A DNA stretch of 64,000 nucleotides from Vulcanimicrobiota bacterium (GTDB lineage: Bacteria > Vulcanimicrobiota > Xenobia > Xenobiales > JADMJV01): positions 30,462-94,461 of the forward strand of contig JBFWNU010000013.1 of assembly GCA_050250895.1 (NCBI GenBank). The letters run 5' to 3'. Made by a program: the position numbers and the translations under genes. A model generated the notes under the pieces. It saw nothing but the letters and a program-made list of their open reading frames with translations, was not told where the DNA came from and searched no databases. Positions 47,150 to 59,100 of this stretch are shown here, piece by piece (the stretch's first letter is position 1; every line of letters begins with the position of its first letter).

Positions 47150-48654
47150 CGCCATACTACGAGACGTGCCTGATCGGCGTTCCCGAGAATCTCATTCAAA
47201 TCTAGACGGAATATCACCCCGCTCTCTGCGTCAATCCGGCCCATGACGATCGCACGCCAGCTATTTCCAAGCAATTCGGCTCGTTCCCTTAGCCACGGCG
47301 GGACGTCGTTGGGAAGTGCGTCCCAATTATACACCCCTCCCCCTGCGCGCACTCGTATAGCGGCCGGGTTCCAGGCGTAGAGTCCATTCGAGTCTCGAAA
47401 GTCCTCCACGGACGAGGGCTGAATCAGTTCGAGGTCTAACCGTGCCAGGTCTTCCTGTTCCCGAGGCCTCAACGGCGGAATGCTAGGCCGCGTCGCCGTA
47501 ACCTCGAAGCTTGTAGCTTCGGGCAATTGGACGACGGTGGCGTCGGTCAGGCGCACGCTGGATGACGCGCCGTTGGCGATGAAGGCTCCCACGACTTCCA
47601 CCTGGTCGGCCACGAAGTCGCCCTCGGTGTACACGAGGCCCTGGAAGCGGCCACCCTCCATCCGAACATCCCCCCCAGCGACCAGAGCGGTCAGCTCGCC
47701 ACGCAGGTCCGTCGCTCCGTCGACAACCGTCACGTTACCGGTGCAGACGACGGCACCGTGGCCGGTCACGCCGCCGTGGATCTCCAGGTCGCCGTCGACG
47801 TAGAGCAGCGAGTCGTGCAGCTCCAGCCCCCGACGCAAAATCAAGTTCTGGCCGCGATAGACGGCGCGGGTCGAGTCGAGTGAGAGGCGCTCGGCGTGCG
47901 AGCTACCGGTGATGGGCTGAGGATAGTCGTTGGGTCCGGGCTCGTAGCTGGTGACCGAAACTCGGGGGATGTTGTCGAGGGTCGTGTGCTCCTCGGTCCG
48001 GCCCCGAACCACGCCGCCGGCCCATTGGATAGAGCCCACCGCGCGCAGGTCGCCCGTCACCAGGGTGTCAGGTCCTACGGTCACGTCGTTGCCGGATAGG
48101 AGGTTGCCGGGCAGTAGGTCGTCCACCGAAACGCCCTGAGAGACACTAGTGAGGTCCTCCACCGAGCCCACCGTGGTGCCCGATACTTCAACCGCGCCCG
48201 AGCAAGCCAGCGCGAAAGGGAAGGGCGGGAAGTGAATGTAGGCCTCGCGCTGGACCACGCTATTGGCGCAGCGTCCGACGGCGACCAGGTGCACCGTCTT
48301 GGAAGGCACAGCGCTGTGCCCATAACCCAACGTCGACCCGGCGGCGCGCACGTTGTTGGTCGAGTATGGCGCGTCGCCCACCTGGAAAGTCAGGTGTCCC
48401 TCCAGGTCTTCGCTCCGGGTGGGCTGGTAGTGGATATCTCCCGTGAACTCGGGATCGCGCTTGAGTTCGGCGATGGCTTCATAGATGGCCGAGTCGGCGC
48501 AGAGTTCGGCCTGAGCGCGATTGCCGTCGGCCGTGACCAGGCGCAAGTCGGTGGTCATGCCGGCCACCAGGGTCAGCAGCATGGTCGAAAGGACGAGGGT
48601 GAACAAGATCACCCCCAGGAGTGAGTTTCCGGCTTTGGCTTGGGAGGTTCGCAT
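47146..48654 (-). CDS. PilX-like N-terminal protein with beta-helix-like body
   Basis: AG-NSLLGVILFTLVL, A..ADSAI; LYVDGDL..GAVVCTGNV, FQGLVYTEG. Confidence 0.7.
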   Translation of the reverse strand: MRTSQAKAGNSLLGVILFTLVLSTMLLTLVAGMTTDLRLVTADGNRAQAELCADSAIYEAIAELKRDPEFTGDIHYQPTRSEDLEGHLTFQVGDAPYSTNNVRAAGSTLGYGHSAVPSKTVHLVAVGRCANSVVQREAYIHFPPFPFALACSGAVEVSGTTVGSVEDLTSVSQGVSVDDLLPGNLLSGNDVTVGPDTLVTGDLRAVGSIQWAGGVVRGRTEEHTTLDNIPRVSVTSYEPGPNDYPQPITGSSHAERLSLDSTRAVYRGQNLILRRGLELHDSLLYVDGDLEIHGGVTGHGAVVCTGNVTVVDGATDLRGELTALVAGGDVRMEGGRFQGLVYTEGDFVADQVEVVGAFIANGASSSVRLTDATVVQLPEATSFEVTATRPSIPPLRPREQEDLARLDLELIQPSSVEDFRDSNGLYAWNPAAIRVRAGGGVYNWDALPNDVPPWLRERAELLGNSWRAIVMGRIDAESGVIFRLDLNEILGNADQARLVVWR

Positions 48655-48759
48655 AGGCCGAGTCTAGCCGATTGGCGCGGGCAGTTCGGTGACCATGGAC
48701 AACCTTTGGCGGCAACGGTCGTCACCGACTTCCCGACGAGACCCGACTAGAATGGACCC

Positions 48760-50178
48760 ATGTTACGCTCAAGACCGGACCTCGCTTTGATGTTTGTCTC
48801 GCTACTTGCGTGCGCGGCTTGCGTATTCGGACTGTTGACGCGCCCGGCCGACTCGAGGGCCACGTCTCGTCAGGCCCGAGCCGACGAGATCACTTTCTAC
48901 ACGCAGCCAACCGGCGCCCGGGTGCTGCGCGAACTGCCGCGGGGCGAAGCCGAACGGTTCGAGACCCTGGGGGTGAGTGGCAAGCCCATCCCCCTGGCCA
49001 CCTGGGCTGACCCGTCAGGACGTTTGCCCGCCCAGGTCGAGGTCTTTTTCGAACTCGAGGGGCACTGGATCGCCCATCGAACCATTCCGGCAGCCGAGTT
49101 GCACACCGGCGTGTGGCCGGGCCCTTCCGAGGAAGTCGTGAGGCTCGAGCCCAGTTCAGCCTACCAGGCTGTCTATTGGGCTGTGCGCGGGCGTCCGGTG
49201 CTGACTCTACTGGCGATGACCAGCCTCTTACTGACGGCGGTCTTCGCTTGGCGCACTTCGCTGGCGCGCCGCCGCGGGGCGGCCCTCGAGGCTCTAGTGG
49301 TAGACGCGGGTAGCGGCCTGACTGGCAAGGTCCTGGGCGAGTTTCGTCTAGCCGAGAAGATCGGTTCGGGAGGCTGGGGCGAGGTATACCGGGCCGTGCC
49401 CGACCACAGTCTCGACCCTGCGAAGTCGGTGGCCATCAAGGTGCTCTGGCCTGACCGCATCGACGCCGAGTCTCTGCAGCGGGTCGAGCGCGAGCTGCGG
49501 CTCTCGAGCAGCCTGGCGCATCCGAATATCGTTCGGGTCTTCGAGCACGGCCAGCTCGGCCGGCTTACCTATATCGTGATGGAGTATCTGCCCGGCCGCA
49601 CCCTCGACGCCTTGATCCCCGACCACGGTCTGCCGGCGACGGAGGCTTTGCGGTATCTCGAGGGTGTCGCCCAGGGGCTAATTCACGCCCATGGGCAGCG
49701 GGTGGTCCACCGCGATGTCAAGCCCGAAAATGTGATGGTGAGTGGCGACAGGGTCAAGCTGCTCGACTTTGGCCTGGCCAAGCGCGAGGGTCACGCCAAC
49801 CTGACCGCGACCCACGCGATGCTGGGCACTCCGGCCTACATCGCCCCCGAGCAGATTCGCTGCACTCGCGATGTCGACGCTCGAGCCGACCAGTACGCCT
49901 TCGCCTGCCTGGCCTACGAGCTTCTGTGCGGCCACCCGCCTCACGTCAGTCATGACGCCATCGAGCTGCTGACGCATCACCAGGCCAAGCCTGCTCCCCT
50001 GCTGGGCGACCAGCGACCGGAGTATGCGGGTGCGGTCTCGTCGGTGCTGGCAAAGATGCTCGAACGCGACCCGTCCCTTCGCTATCCCAACTTGGCCCAG
50101 GCCTTTGCCGAGCTAAGAGCGGCACTCGAGAGCACGAAGATCGAGATGGTATCGACCGGGGTCGGCCTGGTTCAATAG
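48760..50178 (+). CDS. Membrane Ser/Thr protein kinase (Hanks type)
   Basis: IGSGGWGEVY, VAIKVL, HRDVKPEN, DFGLA, GTPAYIAPE; two N-terminal TM segments. Confidence 0.93.
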   Translation: MLRSRPDLALMFVSLLACAACVFGLLTRPADSRATSRQARADEITFYTQPTGARVLRELPRGEAERFETLGVSGKPIPLATWADPSGRLPAQVEVFFELEGHWIAHRTIPAAELHTGVWPGPSEEVVRLEPSSAYQAVYWAVRGRPVLTLLAMTSLLLTAVFAWRTSLARRRGAALEALVVDAGSGLTGKVLGEFRLAEKIGSGGWGEVYRAVPDHSLDPAKSVAIKVLWPDRIDAESLQRVERELRLSSSLAHPNIVRVFEHGQLGRLTYIVMEYLPGRTLDALIPDHGLPATEALRYLEGVAQGLIHAHGQRVVHRDVKPENVMVSGDRVKLLDFGLAKREGHANLTATHAMLGTPAYIAPEQIRCTRDVDARADQYAFACLAYELLCGHPPHVSHDAIELLTHHQAKPAPLLGDQRPEYAGAVSSVLAKMLERDPSLRYPNLAQAFAELRAALESTKIEMVSTGVGLVQ

Positions 50179-53100
50179 GGCCAGCTTGTCTCGAAGCTGG
50201 AAGGCCTGCGATGTCCTCGAAGCATGGCGCGCGCTTGAGATGGCTTCAATAGGGCCAGCTCGTCACCGAGCTGGATGGCATCGAGGACATCAAGGACTTC
50301 TACGGTGAGCACGTTGCTTCAATAGGGCCAGCTCGTCACCGAGCTGGATGGTGAGCACGCTCAGCCCCTCCGTGCGGGCTCGGTAAGTCTGGCTTCAATA
50401 GGGCCAGCTCGTCACCGAGCTGGATGGTCCGTCTCTGACAATTCGAGCAGCCAGGTCAAGTAGGGGCTTCAATAGGGCCAGCTCGTCACCGAGCTGGATG
50501 GCCCCACCGCGGCTGGCGGCCCCCGTCCGCGACCATGCGCTTCAATAGGGCCAGCTCGTCACCGAGCTGGATGGATGGTAACACCCCAACAGCCCCAGAC
50601 TTTCATCGAACTGGCTTCAATAGGGCCAGCTCGTCACCGAGCTGGATGGCGGCGGCCTCGACAAACTATTACGCCTATCACAACAAGCTTCAATAGGGCC
50701 AGCTCGTCACCGAGCTGGATGGCTTGACCTTCTGGACGACGACGGCTGGGACGACCAATAGCTTCAATAGGGCCAGCTCGTCACCGAGCTGGATGGCCGG
50801 CAACTGCAGATCGCCGACCTTCCCCCGCAGTATGAGCTTCAATAGGGCCAGCTCGTCATCGAGCTGGATGGCTCGAGCGCCTGATTGAGGACCTGAAGGC
50901 CAGCGTCGGGGCTTCAATAGGGCCAGCTCGTCATCGAGCTGGATGGATGGATGACTTGTCGGTGGGGATCACGTTCATACGGTCGCGCTTCAATAGGGCC
51001 AGCTCGTCATCGAGCTGGATGGCCGTCGTGGGCTGGGATGGTAACCTGCGTGATGCTGGCGCTTCAATAGGGCCAGCTCGTCATCGAGCTGGATGGTGCA
51101 TCACGGGGAGGAGATCGCAAACTATGAATTCGATTGGCTTCAATAGGGCCAGCTCGTCATCGAGCTGGATGGCCGGAACAGATCCGCCGGATGGCATTTG
51201 GGTTGCCCGCGCTTCAATAGGGCCAGCTCGTCATCGAGCTGGATGGACCGCCGACATAGAAGCGAATCGCCTGCGCGAACGAGTGCTTCAATAGGGCCAG
51301 CTCGTCATCGAGCTGGATGGGAATCTCCGGACCATTCTGGATCGCCCGGCAGAAAATACGCTTCAATAGGGCCAGCTCGTCATCGAGCTGGATGGGCCGC
51401 CCAGATTATCCGTGATGACGCCGTTCGAGCTATGCTTCAATAGGGCCAGCTCGTCATCGAGCTGGATGGTCCGTGACGGTGGGTTCGCGCACGGCTTCCA
51501 CGTCGTAGCTTCAATAGGGCCAGCTCGTCATCGAGCTGGATGGAACCGGTTGGCGAACGCGAATGGTTCCTCTCAGTCGCTTCAATAGGGCCAGCTCGTC
51601 ATCGAGCTGGATGGACGACCCCCTGGAGATCGCCTGGCTCGACAGCGTAGCGGGGCTTCAATAGGGCCAGCTCGTCATCGAGCTGGATGGGGTGCCGGAA
51701 TTGACTCCGCTTCAACCTCGGGAGCAAAGCTTCAATAGGGCCAGCTCGTCATCGAGCTGGATGGATCTGACCAGGTGATACTGGCCACCTGGCCGGAGGG
51801 GGCTTCAATAGGGCCAGCTCGTCATCGAGCTGGATGGATAGGAGGCCGTGGAACGCAGCGTCCGCTCGGCATCCTCGCTTCAATAGGGCCAGCTCGTCAT
51901 CGAGCTGGATGGTTCTCGGAAGCCCTTCCGATAGACGCCTACTTTGGCGGCGCTTCAATAGGGCCAGCTCGTCATCGAGCTGGATGGCGATTGCGCCAGG
52001 ATCGCACTGGCCGACCAATACGACGAGCTTCAATAGGGCCAGCTCGTCATCGAGCTGGATGGAAGTAGTAAGGGACTGTAGTGGGCGAACTCCAACCAGG
52101 AAGCTTCAATAGGGCCAGCTCGTCATCGAGCTGGATGGGTTTGTTGCAGACGGTGCAGGTCATCTCGACCCCCGTTGCTTCAATAGGGCCAGCTCGTCAT
52201 CGAGCTGGATGGCCCGAGACTCGGGGGCCAGGTCGGAGGCTAGCAGCGAGCTTCAATAGGGCCAGCTCGTCATCGAGCTGGATGGACATCCAACAGAAAC
52301 CCACCATCAGGGACCCGGTGACCGGGCTTCAATAGGGCCAGCTCGTCATCGAGCTGGATGGCCCACAAGCACCCTCAAGGGAGTAAGCCTCAGCGTAATA
52401 GCTTCAATAGGGCCAGCTCGTCATCGAGCTGGATGGCCCGATCCACACCAGCTCAGCACGAGAGAAGTCACAGGGCTTCAATAGGGCCAGCTCGTCATCG
52501 AGCTGGATGGTGAGCCCAGGCCATTTCCGGGAGACCGTAGGGGTCGGGGCTTCAATAGGGCCAGCTCGTCATCGAGCTGGATGGTTCGCGGTCAGGTCCT
52601 CCTGATACTCCGCGATGACGGTGCTTCAATAGGGCCAGCTCGTCATCGAGCTGGATGGCGAATTCCTTTCAATGTGTTGTTCAGGTCTTGCTCGAGCTTC
52701 AATAGGGCCAGCTCGTCATCGAGCTGGATGGTTCTCGTGATGAGCATACCGCTCGGGCATGGTCTCGAGTGCTTCAATAGGGCCAGCTCGTCATCGAGCT
52801 GGATGGCAGTCCGGTCCGGCCGACGCCCGGCGCGGTCCGGCGAGCGCTTCAATAGGGCCAGCTCGTCATCGAGCTGGATGGCACCCCCGTCCGAGACTCT
52901 TAAGGAGGCGCTATGTCGCGGCTTCAATAGGGCCAGCTCGTCATCGAGCTGGATGGCCCGCAGCCGGTCCCGAATCTCGGTGGCCGCGAGGTCGCTTCAA
53001 TAGGGCCAGCTCGTCATCGAGCTGGATGGAACGGCCGCCAACGTGGCCGCCTGGGAGCGCGCCAGCGCTTCAATAGGGCCAGCTCGTCATCGAGCTGGAT

Positions 53101-56100
53101 GGGTAGACCGCCAGTTCCAGGTCGGCCCCGGTAAGGCCCTCGCTTCAATAGGGCCAGCTCGTCATCGAGCTGGATGGTAATCACACGTCGGAACCCCGGC
53201 GGTGTCCAGCCAAGACGCTTCAATAGGGCCAGCTCGTCATCGAGCTGGATGGAGCGCCAACCAGCAACAGGCACGAATCCTGAGCAGACCTGCTTCAATA
53301 GGGCCAGCTCGTCATCGAGCTGGATGGGTGGGGGGGGATACTACAGGTCAAATCTCAATCGAAAGGCTTCAATAGGGCCAGCTCGTCATCGAGCTGGATG
53401 GGTGAACACACCAAAGGCAAAAGCAAAAACAAAGACCAATGCGCTTCAATAGGGCCAGCTCGTCATCGAGCTGGATGGATGCACCGCCCGTCCCTCACGA
53501 CTACCACCGCCAGGACGTGCTTCAATAGGGCCAGCTCGTCATCGAGCTGGATGGCTGGACCGCCGGTGATGCCCGTCACTGACCCAGGCCAGGGCGCTTC
53601 AATAGGGCCAGCTCGTCATCGAGCTGGATGGTTCGCGTCCGCGTGCACCTGGGTGCACCGGTAGCGCTCGCTTCAATAGGGCCAGCTCGTCATCGAGCTG
53701 GATGGCCTGAGAGGTAAGTGTTGGCGATCAACGGCGAACCAGCTCGCTTCAATAGGGCCAGCTCGTCATCGAGCTGGATGGGTCTTATGGAGCCCGACTG
53801 GGCAAGCCAGTTCGCAGCTTCAATAGGGCCAGCTCGTCATCGAGCTGGATGGAGAAATATGGCCGATTTTCACCTAGTTTCCTAGTGAAGCTTCAATAGG
53901 GCCAGCTCGTCATCGAGCTGGATGGCTGGCCAAGCGCCAGGACCCCTCGCTCTACATTCTCAATTCGCTTCAATAGGGCCAGCTCGTCATCGAGCTGGAT
54001 GGAACGTCAACCTCGCGTTCGAGGCGGCCGGCGTCCGCGAGCTTCAATAGGGCCAGCTCGTCATCGAGCTGGATGGCCAGGACGGACAGGCATCATTGTG
54101 ATAGGTGGAGTCTGCGCTTCAATAGGGCCAGCTCGTCATCGAGCTGGATGGGGGGCCTACACCGTGTGCCATGTTGTTGATGCTACAAGCGCTTCAATAG
54201 GGCCAGCTCGTCATCGAGCTGGATGGACGTATGGCAAACAGGGAGGTGGCGACAATGTCTAGCAAGCTTCAATAGGGCCAGCTCGTCATCGAGCTGGATG
54301 GCCGACTAGAATCTTACCTATGAGCAACACCGACACCCCTGCTTCAATAGGGCCAGCTCGTCATCGAGCTGGATGGTTCAGGCCGCGTGTCTGTCAGCCG
54401 GGGCTGTGAGTGGGGCTTCAATAGGGCCAGCTCGTCATCGAGCTGGATGGTTTGTCCCAAACTTCGCGAAGTTCTCAGCGATGGTGTCGCTTCAATAGGG
54501 CCAGCTCGTCATCGAGCTGGATGGACCCGAAGATGGTCGGGCTCGCGATGGACACCGACCCGCTTCAATAGGGCCAGCTCGTCATCGAGCTGGATGGTAT
54601 GGGGGGATCGATGGGTCGGCCCACGATGCCACGCGCTTCAATAGGGCCAGCTCGTCATCGAGCTGGATGGCGGTCGTAGATCGGGCGGAGAACTTCCACC
54701 CTCCCCCGGCTTCAATAGGGCCAGCTCGTCATCGAGCTGGATGGCGTTTCAGCCAGGCCGTACAGCGTCTGCACTTCCTCGAGGCTTCAATAGGGCCAGC
54801 TCGTCATCGAGCTGGATGGTCATTGCCGAGCGGGAGCCGTGGAGAACACGGTGCCTGCTTCAATAGGGCCAGCTCGTCATCGAGCTGGATGGCACCTGCG
54901 AAGCCAAGACTGGTTCGTTTCGTTTGCTCCGCTTCAATAGGGCCAGCTCGTCATCGAGCTGGATGGTGGTGACCAGGAAACGCGTAAGGGCGCGCGCACC
55001 GACGCGCTTCAATAGGGCCAGCTCGTCATCGAGCTGGATGGCGGGTGTCAGGTAGACCGCGAGATCGCTGAGTGTATGCGCGCTTCAATAGGGCCAGCTC
55101 GTCATCGAGCTGGATGGCTCTAGCATACAGCTCATCGCCACACCCTCCCGTCCACCTCGCTTCAATAGGGCCAGCTCGTCATCGAGCTGGATGGCTGGGG
55201 AAATGGCAAGTGGGGAGACTTCACATGGGGAGCCAGCTTCAATAGGGCCAGCTCGTCATCGAGCTGGATGGCCGGTCGGTATGTAGTAGAGCATCTGACG
55301 CCCATAATCGGCTTCAATAGGGCCAGCTCGTCATCGAGCTGGATGGCGTTCGACGACAAGTTCATGCAGGAGGAGGCGTACTGGCTTCAATAGGGCCAGC
55401 TCGTCATCGAGCTGGATGGGCCGATGGGTTCCCCACCTACGGGGTAGACGGCGTAGCTTCAATAGGGCCAGCTCGTCATCGAGCTGGATGGCGCTTCCTG
55501 CTCTTCATTCATTGGCCGTGCAGAACCTCGCTTCAATAGGGCCAGCTCGTCATCGAGCTGGATGGGTCCAGCTCCCAAACAAACACCTAGGAGGACAATT
55601 TGAGCTTCAATAGGGCCAGCTCGTCATCGAGCTGGATGGTTCGTCGAGGTGGTGGAGAAAGTGGTCGCGCACCTGAAGCTTCAATAGGGCCAGCTCGTCA
55701 TCGAGCTGGATGGGAAGCCTGCAGACAAAGGCCCCAAGCCAGAGGACAAACCGCTTCAATAGGGCCAGCTCGTCATCGAGCTGGATGGGCGGAGGAGACC
55801 GTTTCTGGCGTTTGGCCGGCAACGAAGCTTCAATAGGGCCAGCTCGTCATCGAGCTGGATGGAGGAAAAAAAGGCATTGGTGGTCCGCCAGGAAGCGGCT
55901 GCTTCAATAGGGCCAGCTCGTCATCGAGCTGGATGGGAGTCTTCATCTCGGCCAGGCGAGCGCCCAGTGCCTCATGCTTCAATAGGGCCAGCTCGTCATC
56001 GAGCTGGATGGTTCGATATTCGTACCTGGACGACGCGAACTTCCCGCGAGCTTCAATAGGGCCAGCTCGTCATCGAGCTGGATGGGTCCGAAGCCTGGTT

Positions 56101-59100
56101 GCACGAGCAGCGGGGACAGGAATTGCTTCAATAGGGCCAGCTCGTCATCGAGCTGGATGGCTGGCAGAAAAAACGCCGCCCGGCTATCGGCCTGGGCGTA
56201 GCTTCAATAGGGCCAGCTCGTCATCGAGCTGGATGGTTCCCCTCGAGCTGTACAAACCAGGCGAAGGCCCTCTGGCTTCAATAGGGCCAGCTCGTCATCG
56301 AGCTGGATGGCTCGGCCTTCTCGGCCAGCGCCTTCCACTCGCTGGTCTGGTGGCTTCAATAGGGCCAGCTCGTCATCGAGCTGGATGGCTGCCCGGCGGG
56401 GGCGTTCCTCTTGGTGCCTTTTGAAGGCAGCTTCAATAGGGCCAGCTCGTCATCGAGCTGGATGGAGCTGGGCCTGACTGTCGCGGAGGCTGCCAGAAGG
56501 GCGGGCTTCAATAGGGCCAGCTCGTCATCGAGCTGGATGGCAGCCAATACGCCGTGTTCAAGACCACCGGAGAGGATGCTTCAATAGGGCCAGCTCGTCA
56601 TCGAGCTGGATGGGGCGACTCGAGGCCGTTCGGAGGGAGCGGGAAATTCGCCGCTTCAATAGGGCCAGCTCGTCATCGAGCTGGATGGCGGCTTGTCGGC
56701 GGGCGCATACTTGGCTCCCCAAACCGCTTCAATAGGGCCAGCTCGTCATCGAGCTGGATGGGTTGGAACGTCGGGGTAGATTATCAGGTAGCGGTTGTGC
56801 TTCAATAGGGCCAGCTCGTCATCGAGCTGGATGGTTCGTGGCCGGCAAGGTGCGCACCAACCAGCGCCACCGCTTCAATAGGGCCAGCTCGTCATCGAGC
56901 TGGATGGGACGCCAGCGAGAATTCGCTCAACGACTTCGGGAGGTGGCTTCAATAGGGCCAGCTCGTCATCGAGCTGGATGGGCTGACTCCGAGAAGATCT
57001 GGTCGTAGAGATAGGCGAGGCTTCAATAGGGCCAGCTCGTCATCGAGCTGGATGGCCGGCGGGGCTCGAGTCGTCTCCGGGATGTGCGTCGGTCTGGCTT
57101 CAATAGGGCCAGCTCGTCATCGAGCTGGATGGTGCTTCGCGGCGCCTGCGCAACCCCTCCTCGGCTGGGGTGCTTCAATAGGGCCAGCTCGTCATCGAGC
57201 TGGATGGTTAGCCCCTTCCCTGGCTTGGCACGTCCAGAGCAGGGCGCTTCAATAGGGCCAGCTCGTCATCGAGCTGGATGGTGATCAAGCCATAAAGGCA
57301 AGCCTGCCAAAGCAGAACAGCTTCAATAGGGCCAGCTCGTCATCGAGCTGGATGGCTCGAGAATGGCTCTATCAAGTTCCTTCACCTTTAGCGAGCTTCA
57401 ATAGGGCCAGCTCGTCATCGAGCTGGATGGGAAGCCCTCATTAGGGCTTTGAGAGAGGGCAAGTAGGTCGCTTCAATAGGGCCAGCTCGTCATCGAGCTG
57501 GATGGAAGCCCCCTCACCTGCGCAGGACGCTCAGCAAACCAAGAGCTTCAATAGGGCCAGCTCGTCATCGAGCTGGATGGCGCGCCCGGCTTGGCGCCCA
57601 CCTCTCCTGTCTTTTCCCGCTTCAATAGGGCCAGCTCGTCATCGAGCTGGATGGTGATGAACATCCTCATCAGGCAATCATCGAGGTTGACGCTTCAATA
57701 GGGCCAGCTCGTCATCGAGCTGGATGGTAGGATTTCATTGAGGTTATCTCCCTCCGGGTTTTCGCTTCAATAGGGCCAGCTCGTCATCGAGCTGGATGGA
57801 TCGTTGATCGTTGGAGCGATCTCGATGAGATTGCTTGCTTCAATAGGGCCAGCTCGTCATCGAGCTGGATGGGACTAGCTCGACCATCAGCGCACCACCT
57901 TCAGTTCGTAGCTTCAATAGGGCCAGCTCGTCATCGAGCTGGATGGAAGACGAGGACGATCACGGCGCCAGACGACCAAAAGGGGCTTCAATAGGGCCAG
58001 CTCGTCATCGAGCTGGATGGGACCCTGAACGAAGAAAGTTCCTGTCGCCCGACGCGAAGCTTCAATAGGGCCAGCTCGTCATCGAGCTGGATGGAACGGT
58101 GGCCTGTCTCATGCACAGATTGCCACCGACGTGCTTCAATAGGGCCAGCTCGTCATCGAGCTGGATGGCGGCGAGCACGATGAGCTGCTCGAGCACGGCT
58201 GGTCGGCTTCAATAGGGCCAGCTCGTCATCGAGCTGGATGGCCGCGACCAACTGTTGCTGCGAGCCCCGTTCGGTGATGGTTGCTTCAATAGGGCCAGCT
58301 CGTCATCGAGCTGGATGGGTCACGATGCAGGAGACACCAGAAGGGAAGCACCTGGATGCTTCAATAGGGCCAGCTCGTCATCGAGCTGGATGGTTAGCGG
58401 CACCCATTGTGGGTAGGTCCGCTGGTTGGTGCTTCAATAGGGCCAGCTCGTCATCGAGCTGGATGGCGCAGGGGCGCCAGTTCCAGTTTCCGGTACAGGG
58501 CTCGGGCTTCAATAGGGCCAGCTCGTCATCGAGCTGGATGGAGCCTGCAATGAAAGGAAAGCCTGTCGTCACCCATGTCGCTTCAATAGGGCCAGCTCGT
58601 CATCGAGCTGGATGGGACTTCTAGGAGGCCTTAGTGTCCGCTGAACTCATTAGAGCTTCAATAGGGCCAGCTCGTCATCGAGCTGGATGGCACACCTACT
58701 GGGTAGGCCCGGGTGAGGTCAGGCGACGCGCTTCAATAGGGCCAGCTCGTCATCGAGCTGGATGGAACAACAACAACAGCGTTTGTCAATAGCAAATTGT
58801 TAAGCTTCAATAGGGCCAGCTCGTCATCGAGCTGGATGGTGGTCACGGGTGCGCCAGTGCTCGTCAATCCTTCGCAGGCTTCAATAGGGCCAGCTCGTCA
58901 TCGAGCTGGATGGTCCCTGAAGGCCTTTGGTGTTCAGCCAGGCCAGGATCCCGCTTCAATAGGGCCAGCTCGTCATCGAGCTGGATGGGCCTGCGACCAC
59001 GTTTGGGCAGTCCATCGCCGAGATGGGCTTCAATAGGGCCAGCTCGTCATCGAGCTGGATGGTTCGCGGAGGACGCACCAGAGTCAGGCAGGATGTCCAC

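Noticed and set aside
54302-54312. Spacer start CCGACTAGAAT also present upstream of the kinase (~48743)
   Set aside because: An 11-nt match is too short for self-targeting and is compatible with chance
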